Of a DNA stretch of 56,926 nucleotides, positions 10,252 through 20,133 are shown one piece after another. A program made the translations under genes and the position numbers. The stretch is from Candidatus Limnocylindria bacterium. GTDB lineage: Bacteria > Chloroflexota > Limnocylindria > QHBO01. Each line of letters begins with the position of its first letter. Positions within the stretch are counted from its first letter, which is position 1. Location of the stretch: the NCBI GenBank assembly GCA_041499395.1, contig JBGQKH010000001.1, positions 1-56,926 of the forward strand, read 5' to 3'. The notes below the pieces were generated by a model, which made no database searches, was not told the origin of the DNA, and saw only the letters and a list, made by a program, of their open reading frames with translations.

Positions 10252-10267
10252 CCGGGCGGCGGCCCGG
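10252..10267. terminator. Possible bidirectional hairpin between convergent genes
   Basis: CCGGGC-GGCG-GCCCGG in the 69-nt convergent spacer. Short stem, no U-tract. Confidence 0.2.
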
Positions 10268-10281
10268 CAGTCACATGAGGG

Positions 10282-11868
10282 TCAGTTCACGCGGGAAACG
10301 CGCCCCTCCCAGAAGGGTCCTCGCAGCTCGGCCTTGAGCACCTTGCCGGTGCCCCCCTTGGGCAGCGTCTCGCGGAACTCGATGCGGCGCGGGACCTTGA
10401 AATCGGCGAGCTGCGTGCGGACGTGGGCCTGGAGCTCCTTGGCCGTTACCTCGTTGCCCGGCTTGACCACGACCAGGGCCACCGGCACCTCGCCCCAGCG
10501 ATCGTCTGGGGCCGCCACCACGGCCACCTCGAGCACTCCCGGATGCGACGCGAAGGCGTTCTCGATCTCGACGGACCCGATGTTCTCGCCTCCACGGATG
10601 ATGATGTCCTTGGAGCGGTCCCTGATGAGGATGTAGCCGGCCTCGTCGATCGTGGCCATGTCGCCGGTGTGGAACCAGCCATCGCGGATCTTCTCGGCCG
10701 TTCCCTCCGGGTCGCGGTAATAGCCGTCCATCACCGTGTTGGAGCGCACCACGATCTCGCCGATCTGCTCGCCGTCGGGCCGCACCTCGGATCCATCGGG
10801 GCCGACCACTCGGAGGTTGGCACCGGCGATTGCGTAGCCGGTCATCGCCCTGCGGGCATCCGCCCGGGACGGCTCCTCGGCCGCCGTGAGCGCGGCTCTT
10901 GGCCAGGCGAGCGACAGGATCGGCGTCGTCTCAGAGAGCCCGTAGCCGACGATCGCCTCGCAGCCCAGGCGCTCCTCGATGGTGCGCACCAGCGTCGGCG
11001 AGGCGGGGGCGCCGCCGATGATCGCTACCTTCAGGCTCGAGAGGGCCCCCGCATCCAGCTCGGGCGAGTTGACCAGGGCGTTGAAGATGGTCGGCACGCC
11101 GAGCAGGTGCGTCACGCCGTGGGTGGCGACGAGCCGCAGCAGGGTCCCGGGGTCGAACTTGCGGAGCATGACGTGCCGTCCCCCGACGAGCGTCATCCAG
11201 TGCGGCGCCCCCCAGCCGTTGACGTGGAAGAGCGGCACCACGTGCAGCATCGTGTCGGCATCGGTCACGCGCAGGGCAAGCGCGCCCATGAGTCCGTGCA
11301 GGTAGAGGTTGCGGTGGGTCAGCACGACCCCCTTCGGACGCCCGGTGGTACCCGAGGTGTAGAACAGCTCGGCCATCGCGTCCTCGTCCACGTCCGCGGC
11401 GCGATACTCCGCGGAGGCATTGGCAAGGAGCGCCTCGTACTCGTGCGTCGCCGGCGCCTCCATCGGCCCCTCGAGGACCACCCAGCGGGTGGCCGCCGGC
11501 AGTCTCCCTCGGAGGCTCTCGACCATCGGCCTGAAGTCGGCGTGGTAGAAGACGGCCGTCGAGCCGGCGTGCGCCAGGATGTAGGCGATCTCAGGGGCGG
11601 CAAGGCGGATGTTGATCGGATTGAGCACCGCGCCAGCCTCCAGCACGCCGTAGTAGGCCTCGAGCAGCTGGTGGCAGTTGTAGCTGATGAAGCTGACCCG
11701 ATCCCCCGGCTGCACACCAAGGCCGCGGAGCGCGTTTGCGAGCCGATGGGTGCGCTCCGCGTACTGCGCGTAGGTGAACCGCCGCTCGCCGTCGATGACC
11801 GCCTCGACGTTGCCGAAGAACGCCGCCGCGCGGTCGCGGAACTCGAGGACGGTCAGGGGAATGCGCAT
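10282..11868 (-). CDS. AMP-dependent acyl-CoA synthetase/ligase
   Basis: YTSGTTGRPKGV, GYGLSETT, TGDMATIDEAGYILIRDRSKD, PKGGTGKVLK. Confidence 0.88.
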   Translation of the reverse strand: MRIPLTVLEFRDRAAAFFGNVEAVIDGERRFTYAQYAERTHRLANALRGLGVQPGDRVSFISYNCHQLLEAYYGVLEAGAVLNPINIRLAAPEIAYILAHAGSTAVFYHADFRPMVESLRGRLPAATRWVVLEGPMEAPATHEYEALLANASAEYRAADVDEDAMAELFYTSGTTGRPKGVVLTHRNLYLHGLMGALALRVTDADTMLHVVPLFHVNGWGAPHWMTLVGGRHVMLRKFDPGTLLRLVATHGVTHLLGVPTIFNALVNSPELDAGALSSLKVAIIGGAPASPTLVRTIEERLGCEAIVGYGLSETTPILSLAWPRAALTAAEEPSRADARRAMTGYAIAGANLRVVGPDGSEVRPDGEQIGEIVVRSNTVMDGYYRDPEGTAEKIRDGWFHTGDMATIDEAGYILIRDRSKDIIIRGGENIGSVEIENAFASHPGVLEVAVVAAPDDRWGEVPVALVVVKPGNEVTAKELQAHVRTQLADFKVPRRIEFRETLPKGGTGKVLKAELRGPFWEGRVSRVN

Positions 11869-11888
11869 CGCAGGAGCCTCCTTCTCGG

Positions 11889-12263
11889 TCAGCGCTCGGC
11901 CTGAACCCCAAGGGTCACCGCCGCCGCCAGCACCGCGACCACAAGGGCGACCGCGTTGGGCGCCGTCAGCGACGCGTCGGCGGCGAAAGACTGCGTGGCG
12001 GCGGCAGGAATCGCCCGCAGCAGCGGCGGGACCGCGACCCAGCCGATGACCAGGACGGTCGGCGCCAGTGCCCCCGGCAGTCGCATGGCACGCACCACCA
12101 CGGCGGTGAGGAGCCCCAGGAATGCCGCCAGCAGGAGGATCAGAACCACCGCCGGCTGGTCCCTCGCGCCGGATGCCTCGACGAGGCGCACCAGCCCCTC
12201 CTGGACCACCGCCACCCCGATCGCCAGCAGCGCGCCGAGGAAGGTGGAGCGCGCCCCGCTCAT
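11889..12263 (-). CDS. Small integral membrane protein (3 predicted TM helices)
   Basis: MSGARSTFLGALLAIGVAVV.. is hydrophobic throughout. Its ATG overlaps the murC stop (ATGA). The upstream part of the 244-aa ORF overlaps murC and was discarded. Confidence 0.55.
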   Translation of the reverse strand: MSGARSTFLGALLAIGVAVVQEGLVRLVEASGARDQPAVVLILLLAAFLGLLTAVVVRAMRLPGALAPTVLVIGWVAVPPLLRAIPAAATQSFAADASLTAPNAVALVVAVLAAAVTLGVQAER

Positions 12264-13690
12264 CGGCCCGGGAAGCTGCGCGACTGGGTCAGCACGCCGC
12301 CCTCGAGCGCCGCCTTGAGCCCCTGGGCGATCCGGTATGACTTCCCCGCCCCCATCACGAGCACGGCGTCCCCTGGGCGCAGATGCTCGGCGACGTAGGT
12401 GGTCACCGCATCCACATCGCCGCCAGCCATCGTGGGCACAGCCGAGGTGCGCTCGATCGCATCGGCGAGTGCCTCCGCGGAGGTGGCGCGCAGCGCTTCG
12501 TCGGTGTCGCGCGAGGCGAAGATATCGGCGATCACGACCTCGTCGGCGTCGGTGAACGCTCGGGAGAACTCGTCGAGGAAGAGCGCCGTGCGGGAGTACA
12601 TGTGTGGCTCGAAGACCGCCCACAGGCGTCGCTCACCGACCTTCTGGCGCATGGCGGCCAGCGTGGCGCGCACCTCCGTCGGATGGTGCCCGTAGTCGTC
12701 ATAGACGATCACGCCCGCAGTATCGGCGATCAGCTCCATCCGTCGCCCGGCCCCGCTGAAGGTGCGGAGCCCTTCCGCCAGGGCCGGGAGCGGCGCGCCG
12801 AGCTCGCGGGCCATCGTCAGCGCCGCGGTTGCGTTCAGCACGTTGTGCTCCCCCGCCAGCGGTGCCTCGAACGTCTGTTCGAACAGTGAGAACCTCGCTC
12901 CCCCGCCCTCGTAGGCCACGTCACGCGCCTCGATCTCCCCACCGGGGCCATACGGCAGGATCCGGCCCTCCCAGCCCTCCAGGCGCGCCTGGAGGGCCTG
13001 TGCGCCAGGGTCGGCAGCGGTCGTGAGGAGCAGGCGCCCGCCGAGGCGCCGATCCTCCCCCATCCCCCGCACGAAGCGCTCCATCGAGGCGAGCACCGCG
13101 TCGCGATCGGCGAAGTAGTCCGGGTGGTCCATCTCCACGTTCGTCACGATGGCGCCGGCGGGGTGGTAGTTGAGGAAGTTGTCGCCGAACTCGTCGGCCT
13201 CCACCAGGAAGGGCGCTCCCCCACCGGGGCGGACGGTCGCGCCCCAGGCCGGGATGAAGGCGCCGACCTCGACCGTCGGGTCCATGCCGGCAGCCTCGAG
13301 GAGGTGCCCCAGCAGGGCAGTGGTGGTCGACTTGCCGTGCGTGCCGGTCACGGCCAGGCCGATCCGCCCCTCGGCCGCCATCAGCTCGCCCAGCAGCGCC
13401 TGCCAAGTCACGATGGAAAGGCCCGCGGCCTTGGCCGCAGCGAGCTCCGGCAGGGCGGGCACGGCGCGCAGCGCTGGCGTAATGGCGACCCGATCGACCC
13501 CCTCTAGGTGCGAGGGGTCGTGGCCACTGATGATGCGGATGCCGGCCGCGTCGAGCGGTGGCGTATAGGGCGACGGCGTATCAGCATCGCAGCCGTCGAT
13601 CCTCGCCCCGGCGTGATGGAGCAGGAGCGCCACCCCGGCCGCTCCCGAGCCCGCGATGCCGATCAGGTGGATCCGCTCGCCGGGGCGCAT
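12260..13690 (-). CDS. murC: UDP-N-acetylmuramate--L-alanine ligase
   Basis: IHLIGIAGSGAAGVALLL, VTGTHGKSTT; Mur ligase middle and C-terminal domains. Confidence 0.87.
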   Translation of the reverse strand: MRPGERIHLIGIAGSGAAGVALLLHHAGARIDGCDADTPSPYTPPLDAAGIRIISGHDPSHLEGVDRVAITPALRAVPALPELAAAKAAGLSIVTWQALLGELMAAEGRIGLAVTGTHGKSTTTALLGHLLEAAGMDPTVEVGAFIPAWGATVRPGGGAPFLVEADEFGDNFLNYHPAGAIVTNVEMDHPDYFADRDAVLASMERFVRGMGEDRRLGGRLLLTTAADPGAQALQARLEGWEGRILPYGPGGEIEARDVAYEGGGARFSLFEQTFEAPLAGEHNVLNATAALTMARELGAPLPALAEGLRTFSGAGRRMELIADTAGVIVYDDYGHHPTEVRATLAAMRQKVGERRLWAVFEPHMYSRTALFLDEFSRAFTDADEVVIADIFASRDTDEALRATSAEALADAIERTSAVPTMAGGDVDAVTTYVAEHLRPGDAVLVMGAGKSYRIAQGLKAALEGGVLTQSRSFPGR

Positions 13691-14196
13691 CAGGCCGCCG
13701 AGGTGACCTCGTCGAGGGCCAGCCGCAGGGCAGCCAGCGCGGCCGCCGCCCGGTTGCCGTCGCGATCGTGGGTGAAGACGTGATGCTCGACCTGCGCGGG
13801 GTGGCCGCGGCGCGCCACCCCGATGTAGTGGGTGCCGGTCGGCTTCCGTTCGCTCCCGCCCTCCGGCCCCGCGATCCCGGTCACGCTGAGCCCAAGCTCG
13901 GTCTCGAATCGGTGCGCTGCGCCGACGGCAAGGGCGGCGGCCACCTCCTCGGAGACGGCGCCGTGCGCCTCGATCAGCTCGTGCGGCACGCCGAGGGTGA
14001 TCTCCTTGGCGAGGTTCGAGTAGCAGATCACGCCGCCCGCGTAATAGTCGCTCGCACCGGAATTCATCGTGATCGCGTGCCCAATGAGGCCGCCCGTCGA
14101 CGACTCTGCCGTCGCCAGCCGCCAGCCGCGGGCGCGCAGCGCCTCCCCGAGCGCGGCGGCGGCGCGCGCCAGTTCAGCCTCGCTCGGACCGCTCAT
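13690..14196 (-). CDS. CinA C-terminal-domain protein (nicotinamide-nucleotide amidohydrolase PncC-like)
   Basis: ATAESSTGGLIGHAIT..GASDYYAGGVICYSN..LGV. Confidence 0.85.
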   Translation of the reverse strand: MSGPSEAELARAAAALGEALRARGWRLATAESSTGGLIGHAITMNSGASDYYAGGVICYSNLAKEITLGVPHELIEAHGAVSEEVAAALAVGAAHRFETELGLSVTGIAGPEGGSERKPTGTHYIGVARRGHPAQVEHHVFTHDRDGNRAAAALAALRLALDEVTSAA

Positions 14197-14681
14197 CGAT
14201 AGTTGATGAACTGAAGGGCGACGGCGTAGTCGAGGCCGCGCAACTGGGTGATCACCGCCTGGAGCTCGTCCTTGCTCTTGCCGATGACCCGCACCGCGTC
14301 GCCCTGGATCGTCGGCTTCACCTTCGGGAACCGGTCGCGAACCATCTTCGAGATTTCCTTTGCCTGCTCCGAGGAGAGTCCGCGCTGCAGCCCGATCCGC
14401 TGTCGAACCGTCCCTCCCGCCGCGGGCTCGAGCTTGCCGAAGTCGAAGACCTTCAGCGACAGGCCGCGTCGCACAGCCTTGGTGAGGAGCAGGTCCTTGA
14501 CCGATCCCGCCCGGAACTCGTCGTCGGCGTGGAGGGTGATCTCGGTCTTGCCCAGCTCGAGCGAGACCTTCGAGCCCTTGAAGTCATAGCGGGTCGCGAC
14601 CTCGCGACGCACCTGGTCGAGGGCGTTGACCAGCTCCTGCTGATCGAAGTCGCTCACCACGTCGAACGACGAATCGGCCAT
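14193..14681 (-). CDS. yajQ: YajQ-family nucleotide (c-di-GMP)-binding protein
   Basis: SFDVVSDFDQQELVNALDQVRREVATRYDFKGS; 162 aa, typical of UPF0234/YajQ. Confidence 0.9.
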   Translation of the reverse strand: MADSSFDVVSDFDQQELVNALDQVRREVATRYDFKGSKVSLELGKTEITLHADDEFRAGSVKDLLLTKAVRRGLSLKVFDFGKLEPAAGGTVRQRIGLQRGLSSEQAKEISKMVRDRFPKVKPTIQGDAVRVIGKSKDELQAVITQLRGLDYAVALQFINYR

Positions 14682-14751
14682 CCTGCCCTCCTGCTCGCTC
14701 CGCGCTCCCCTATCTTCGCCCCTCGCGGCCGCCGGCGCGCGGCCGACCCGC

Positions 14752-15432
14752 CTACGGGATCACGGTGATCGTGCGGCGCACTGGGGCGGTCGGGCGATTC
14801 GTGAGGGGATCCCTGGCCACTAGGGTGACGACGTTTGCGCCCGGGACCAGTGGCACGGTCACGCTGAAGACGCCCTGGGCATCGGCCATGGCGGATGGGT
14901 TCTGGCGCAGTCCGGAGGTCGTGATCGTGGAGTTCGGCTCCGTGACGCCCCGGATCGTGTACTCCAGGCTGGTGTAGCCGGCGACGTCGCCGGCGGGATC
15001 GGTGATGCGCAGCTCCGGGGTTCGCCCGAAGACGACGAGCTCACCGACGACGTACGCCACGAGGGCGAGCACCAGGACGCCCAGGATCGCGGCCACCACC
15101 GCCCCTGAGCTGACCACGAAGGACCGCCCCTGCCGGTCGGTCACCGGGCGCGGTCGGATCGTCGACAGCGGGCGGTCGACGGAGGATCCGGACTCGAGCC
15201 GGTAGAGGTCGACCAGGTACTCGGGATCGAGCCCGAGATAGAGGCCGTAGTTCCGCAGGAAGCCCTTCGTGTAGACCGCCGCGGGAAGCTCCCGGTAGTC
15301 CCCTCGCTCGAGCGCCGCCAGGTAGTAGGCCCGGATCTTGGTGTCGCGCTCGACCCGCGCCAGGTCGATGAACTTCGCCTCCCGGGCGGTGCGCAGCACC
15401 TCGCCGAGCTTGGTCGGCTCCCGATTGGTCAC
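14752..15432 (-). CDS. RodZ-like helix-turn-helix membrane protein
   Basis: LGEVLRTAREAKFIDLARVERDTKIRAYYLAALERGDY..YTKGFLRNY, then one TM helix. GTG 15432 forms a GTGA overlap with the ftsK stop. Confidence 0.75.
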   Translation of the reverse strand: MTNREPTKLGEVLRTAREAKFIDLARVERDTKIRAYYLAALERGDYRELPAAVYTKGFLRNYGLYLGLDPEYLVDLYRLESGSSVDRPLSTIRPRPVTDRQGRSFVVSSGAVVAAILGVLVLALVAYVVGELVVFGRTPELRITDPAGDVAGYTSLEYTIRGVTEPNSTITTSGLRQNPSAMADAQGVFSVTVPLVPGANVVTLVARDPLTNRPTAPVRRTITVIP

Positions 15433-17780
15433 TCCCCGTCCTCGTCGGGTCCGATCTCGCCTCCCCAACCGTCGGGCATGATGAGGACCTCGCGGAAGCG
15501 GCTGCCGTCCGCCGGGCCGACGATGCCGCGGTCCTCCATCTGGTCGAGGATCCGCGCCGCGCGGGCATAGCCGATCCGTAGCCGGCGCTGGAGGAGCGAG
15601 GCGGACGCCTTGTCGGATCGACGCACGATGTCGACGGCTGTGGTCAGCAGCGCGTCGCCGCCATCCTCCTCGTCGCCGGGGCGTCCCCCGGGCTTGCCAT
15701 CGCGCTTGGGGGCGGTGATCTCCGGGCGGTACTGGGGTGCGCCCTGCCCGCGCCAGTGGCGGGCCACCGTCTCGATCTCATGATCGGTGACGAGGACCCC
15801 CTGCAGGCGCACCGCGCGCGGCGCATCGATCGGCTGGTAGAGCATGTCCCCGCGGCCGAGGAGGTCCTCGGCGCCGACCGTGTCGAGGATCGTGCGCGAG
15901 TCGACGCCGCTCGTCATCGCGAAGGCGATCCGGGACGGGATGTTGGCCTTGATCAGCCCGGTGATGACCTGGACCGATGGGCGCTGGGTGGCGACGACCA
16001 GGTGAATGCCGGTCGCCCGCGCCAGCTGCGCGATGCGAGTGATGGTCGCCTCGACCTCGTAGGCGCTCACCATCATCAGGTCGGCCAGCTCGTCGATCAC
16101 GATCACGACGTACGGCATCCGCGGCTCGCCCGGCTTGAGCGCCTCGTTGTAGCCGGCGATGTTGCGAACGCCGCGCTGCGCGAACTCGTGGTAGCGGCCC
16201 TCCATCGTGCCAACCGTCCACTTCAGCGCGTTGACCGCCTTGTCGTTGTCGACGATCACCTCGGTCAGCAGGTGCGGGATCCCCTTGTACTGCGCCATCT
16301 CGACGCGCTTGGGGTCGATCAGGATCAGCTTCACCTCGGTCGGCGTGGCCCGCATCAGGAGCGAGCAGATGATCGCGTTCACGCAGACGCTCTTGCCCGA
16401 TCCCGTCGCGCCCGCGATCAGGAGGTGCGGCATTCGTGACAGGTCGGCGCTGAAGGGCTGTCCGGCCACGTCCTGGCCCAGCGCGAAGGCGAGCTTGCTT
16501 CGCGCCGATGCCTCCTCGAAGTTCGGCGAGCCGAGCACCTCCTTGAGCGTCACCAGGTCGAAGGCGCTGTTCGGGATCTCGATCCCGACGTACGGCTCGC
16601 CGGGGATCGGCGCCTGGATCCGGATGCTCCGTGCCTTCAGGTCGAGCGCCAGGTTGTCGGCCAGCCCTTCGATCCGCGAGAGCTTGATCCCCGGCTCGAC
16701 GTCGAGGGCGTACTGCGTCACGACCGGGCCTTCCTGGATGCGCGCCACCTTCACGCCGATCCCGAAGTGCGCGAGCGTCTCGCGGATGCGCTGCCCCTTC
16801 GCCGTCAGGTCCAGCTGCTCCGAGCTGCTGGCCGGCGCGTCGTCCAGGGCGGCGATCTCGGGAAGCTCCCAGGTCCTGGTGTTGGCCTCGAGCGCGGCAT
16901 CGGCGATCGGTGACTGCTCCACCTCGGCCAGGTGCGCCGTCTCCTCGGACTCCAGCTCGTCGACCGTGATCGGCACGGCCAGCGGCGCCTCGCCATCGAC
17001 CGGCATCGGCATCTCGCGCTGGCGCGCTGGTGCCGGGGCCGTCTCTGCCGGTCGCGAGCGACGCAGGATGAGCGGCTCGTCCTCCGCGTCGGCGCCCGAG
17101 CCGAGCGCCGAGCGCACGCGATCGAGGAGCCCGCGCGCCTCCGGAGAGGTCGGCGCGACGACCGGCTCCGGTCGCCCACGTCGCTCCCCGCTCCCCCGCC
17201 GCGCCTCGATCGCCGCGAGCTCCGCGCGCTCCTCACGGCGTCTGAGCCACGCGGCCACCAGGTCGCCCACGGTCATGTTGAAGTAGAGGAGGAGCCCCAC
17301 CACCAGCAGCAGGGCGAGCACGACCCACGCCCCCGCCGAGCCGATCGCGCCGCTGATCAGCGCCGACGCGAGATAGCCGATCTCTCCCCCGCCGTCACCG
17401 GTCTTGACCCCGTCGGCGCCATTGCCGCCGACGAGATGGAGGATCCCGAGCAGCCCGATCGCCATCACGGCGGCCCCACTGGCGGCCATCCAGCGCTCGG
17501 CCGGCATCGTCTTGAGCCAGAGCATGAAGGCGAAGCCGGCGAGCAGGATCGGCGCGAATGCGATCCCCCAGCCGAGCAGGTACGAAACCGAGTCGTGCCA
17601 CGGCTTGACGATCATGCCGGCGTCCGGTGCGAAGAGGGCGATGGTGCTGATGATCGCCGCGACCACCAGCACCAGGGCAACCACCTCGCGGACCACGCGG
17701 CCGCTGATGGTGACGGTGGTGGTTGCTTTGCGTCGCCGCGAGCTGCGGCGGCGGGACCCGTTCGACCGTCGGCTGCTCAC
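15429..17780 (-). CDS. ftsK: DNA translocase FtsK
   Basis: N-terminal TM helices, Walker A GATGSGKS, Walker B VVIDELADLM, gamma domain LLQRRLRIGYARAARILD. Confidence 0.93.
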   Translation of the reverse strand: MSSRRSNGSRRRSSRRRKATTTVTISGRVVREVVALVLVVAAIISTIALFAPDAGMIVKPWHDSVSYLLGWGIAFAPILLAGFAFMLWLKTMPAERWMAASGAAVMAIGLLGILHLVGGNGADGVKTGDGGGEIGYLASALISGAIGSAGAWVVLALLLVVGLLLYFNMTVGDLVAAWLRRREERAELAAIEARRGSGERRGRPEPVVAPTSPEARGLLDRVRSALGSGADAEDEPLILRRSRPAETAPAPARQREMPMPVDGEAPLAVPITVDELESEETAHLAEVEQSPIADAALEANTRTWELPEIAALDDAPASSSEQLDLTAKGQRIRETLAHFGIGVKVARIQEGPVVTQYALDVEPGIKLSRIEGLADNLALDLKARSIRIQAPIPGEPYVGIEIPNSAFDLVTLKEVLGSPNFEEASARSKLAFALGQDVAGQPFSADLSRMPHLLIAGATGSGKSVCVNAIICSLLMRATPTEVKLILIDPKRVEMAQYKGIPHLLTEVIVDNDKAVNALKWTVGTMEGRYHEFAQRGVRNIAGYNEALKPGEPRMPYVVIVIDELADLMMVSAYEVEATITRIAQLARATGIHLVVATQRPSVQVITGLIKANIPSRIAFAMTSGVDSRTILDTVGAEDLLGRGDMLYQPIDAPRAVRLQGVLVTDHEIETVARHWRGQGAPQYRPEITAPKRDGKPGGRPGDEEDGGDALLTTAVDIVRRSDKASASLLQRRLRIGYARAARILDQMEDRGIVGPADGSRFREVLIMPDGWGGEIGPDEDGE

Positions 17781-17787
17781 CGGCGCG

Positions 17788-19452
17788 TCAGACCTCCATC
17801 ACGATCGGCATGATCATCGGGCGCCGCTTCGTGCGCTCGAAGAAGAATCGCGAGAGGGTATCGCGGATCTTCGCCTTGAGGTAGCCGGCCTCCGCGGCGT
17901 GCGCATCCCCCACGGGCTGGAGGAGGGCCTCCGTGAGGTGCTTGCACGCCGCCGCCATGACCGGGTCATCCGGATCGGAGAGGAAGCCACGGCCGACCAG
18001 GTCGGGGCCGGAGACGGCCTGCCCGGTGGCGCGGTCGACGGTGAGGGCGACCATCACCACGCCGTCCGAGGCGAGCGCACGCCGGTCGCGGAGCACGACG
18101 CCATCAACCCCGTCGATCGCCGCGATGCCGTCAACCAGGACCGCGCCGGCCGTGACGGACCCCGCCAGGCGCGCCTTCGTGCCGTCGAACTCGACCACCT
18201 GGCCGTTCTCCAGCACGAAGATGCCGTCGATCGGCACCCCCGCCCCCTCCGCCAGGAGGCCGTGCTGGACGAGCATCCGGTATTCGCCGTGGACCGGGAT
18301 GAAGTGGCGCGGCTTGACGAGCCCGAGCATCAGCTTCAGCTCCTCACGGGAGCCGTGGCCCGACACGTGGCAATGCTTGAGCGGCTCGTAATGGACCATC
18401 GCGCCCTCCTTGAAGAGGTTGTCGATGGTCTTCGCGACGGCCTCCTCGTTGCCGGGGATCGGCGAGGCGGAGATGATCACGGTGTCGCCCGGCTCGACCG
18501 TGATCGAGCGGTGGTCGCGGTTGCTCATCCGGGTCAGCCCGGACATCGGCTCCCCCTGGGACCCGGTCGTCATCACGACCAGCTTGTCCTTGGGAATCCG
18601 GTTCAGCCCGTCCTTGCCCGAGAGGGTCCCCTCGCGCGGATCGAGGTAGCCGAGCTCGAGCGCGATGGCGATGTTCTGCTCCATGCTGCGCCCCAGCGCC
18701 ACCATCTTGCGCCGGCTCGCCCAGGCGGCGTCGAGCACCTGCTGCACGCGGCCGATGTTGCTCGCGAAGGTGGCCACGATCACGCGCCCTGCCGCCTCGC
18801 GCACCAGCTGGTTGAGCGACTCCCCCACCGTCGTCTCAGACAGGGTGTAGCCCTCGCGCTCCGCTCGCGTCGAGTCGGAGAGGAGAAACTCGACCCCGTG
18901 GTTGCCAATCTCGGCGATCAGGCCCAGGTCGGCGCGCCGGCCGTCCGGCGGGGTGTGGTCGAACTTGAAGTCGCCGGTGACGACGACCGTGCCGAGCGGG
19001 GTGCGGATCGCGAAGCCGAGCCCGTCGGGGATCGAGTGGTTCACCCGGAAGGGTGTGATCGCGAACGCGCCGATCGTGAATTCGACCGCCGGCTCGACTA
19101 CCACGAGGCGGGTCTGGCCGAGCAGCTTGTGCTCCTTCAGCTTGCCGGTCACCAGGCCCGCGGTCAGGCGGCTGGTGTAGATCGGCGTGCCGGGGATCTG
19201 CGGCAGGACGTAGGGAAGGCCACCGGTGTGGTCCTCGTGGCCGTGGGTCAGCAGGATGGCGCGGACGCGCTCGCGGTTCTCGCGGAGGTAGGTAGCGTCG
19301 GGAATGACGAGGTCGATCCCGAGCATCTCCTGATCGGGGAAGGCAAGTCCGCAGTCGACGACCAGGATCTCCCCGGCCGCTTCGATGACGGTGATGTTCT
19401 TGCCGACCTCGCCCACCCCGCCGAGCGGGATGATGCGAAGGGTGTCTGGCAT
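17788..19452 (-). CDS. rnj: Ribonuclease J
   Basis: Metallo-beta-lactamase motif LTHGHEDHTGG, beta-CASP region, HVSGHGS. Confidence 0.93.
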   Translation of the reverse strand: MPDTLRIIPLGGVGEVGKNITVIEAAGEILVVDCGLAFPDQEMLGIDLVIPDATYLRENRERVRAILLTHGHEDHTGGLPYVLPQIPGTPIYTSRLTAGLVTGKLKEHKLLGQTRLVVVEPAVEFTIGAFAITPFRVNHSIPDGLGFAIRTPLGTVVVTGDFKFDHTPPDGRRADLGLIAEIGNHGVEFLLSDSTRAEREGYTLSETTVGESLNQLVREAAGRVIVATFASNIGRVQQVLDAAWASRRKMVALGRSMEQNIAIALELGYLDPREGTLSGKDGLNRIPKDKLVVMTTGSQGEPMSGLTRMSNRDHRSITVEPGDTVIISASPIPGNEEAVAKTIDNLFKEGAMVHYEPLKHCHVSGHGSREELKLMLGLVKPRHFIPVHGEYRMLVQHGLLAEGAGVPIDGIFVLENGQVVEFDGTKARLAGSVTAGAVLVDGIAAIDGVDGVVLRDRRALASDGVVMVALTVDRATGQAVSGPDLVGRGFLSDPDDPVMAAACKHLTEALLQPVGDAHAAEAGYLKAKIRDTLSRFFFERTKRRPMIMPIVMEV

Positions 19453-19459
19453 GGTGCTC

Positions 19460-20128
19460 CTAGAAGAGGGTCATCTGTTCGGTGTCGTCGGCCTCAGCCG
19501 CCGGCGCCGGTGGGGCCGGAACGGCCGGGTCCGCCTGGACCGATTCCACCCGTTCGGCTTCGATCGCGTGGCGGGCGGCCAGCAGCGCGGCCGGCAGGCC
19601 GCGCATGTCTGCGAAGAGCGTCTCCCGCAGCGAGGCCTGGTGCAGCGCCGCAGCAGGATGGTACATCGGGAAAACGAAGCGACCGCCGGATCGGCGCAGC
19701 CGCCCATGCACCTCCCCGATGCGGGCGTCGGGAAGGTAGCGCCGCAGTGAATGCCGTCCCAGCGTGACGATCACGGCCGGGTCGAGCGCCGCCTCCTGGC
19801 GATCAAGGTACGGGCGGCAGGCGGAGATCTCCTCCGGCTCCGGATCGCGGTTGGCGGGCGGACGACACTTCACCACGTTGGCGATGAAGACCTGCTCGCG
19901 GCTCCAGCCGATGGCCCGCAGCAGCTCGTCGAGGAGCTGCCCGGCCGGCCCGACGAAGGGCCGCCCGGTGGCGTCCTCGCGCGCCCCCGGACCCTCCCCC
20001 ACCAGCAGCACGTCGCTGAGCGGGTTCCCCTCGCCGGGGACCGTCCGCGTCCGTCCCGCGTGCAGCGGGCAGCGGGTGCAGCCGCTGACCTCGAGTGCGA
20101 CCGCTGCGAGCAGCGCCTCGGGCCCCAT
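19460..20128 (-). CDS. Uracil-DNA glycosylase, family 4
   Basis: GCTRCPLH..PGEGNP..LLVGEGPGAREDATGRPFVGPAGQLL. Confidence 0.85.
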   Translation of the reverse strand: MGPEALLAAVALEVSGCTRCPLHAGRTRTVPGEGNPLSDVLLVGEGPGAREDATGRPFVGPAGQLLDELLRAIGWSREQVFIANVVKCRPPANRDPEPEEISACRPYLDRQEAALDPAVIVTLGRHSLRRYLPDARIGEVHGRLRRSGGRFVFPMYHPAAALHQASLRETLFADMRGLPAALLAARHAIEAERVESVQADPAVPAPPAPAAEADDTEQMTLF

Positions 20129-20133
20129 CGGCG

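Noticed and set aside
5760-14681. GGDEF-EAL gene and yajQ (c-di-GMP binder) as one signalling module
   Set aside because: They are about 7 kb apart, in different operons, and separated by unrelated genes. The co-occurrence is unremarkable.
17404-19767. 787-aa plus-strand ORF
   Set aside because: It is antisense to rnj and udg, which have clear catalytic motifs. Composition is typical of a shadow ORF.
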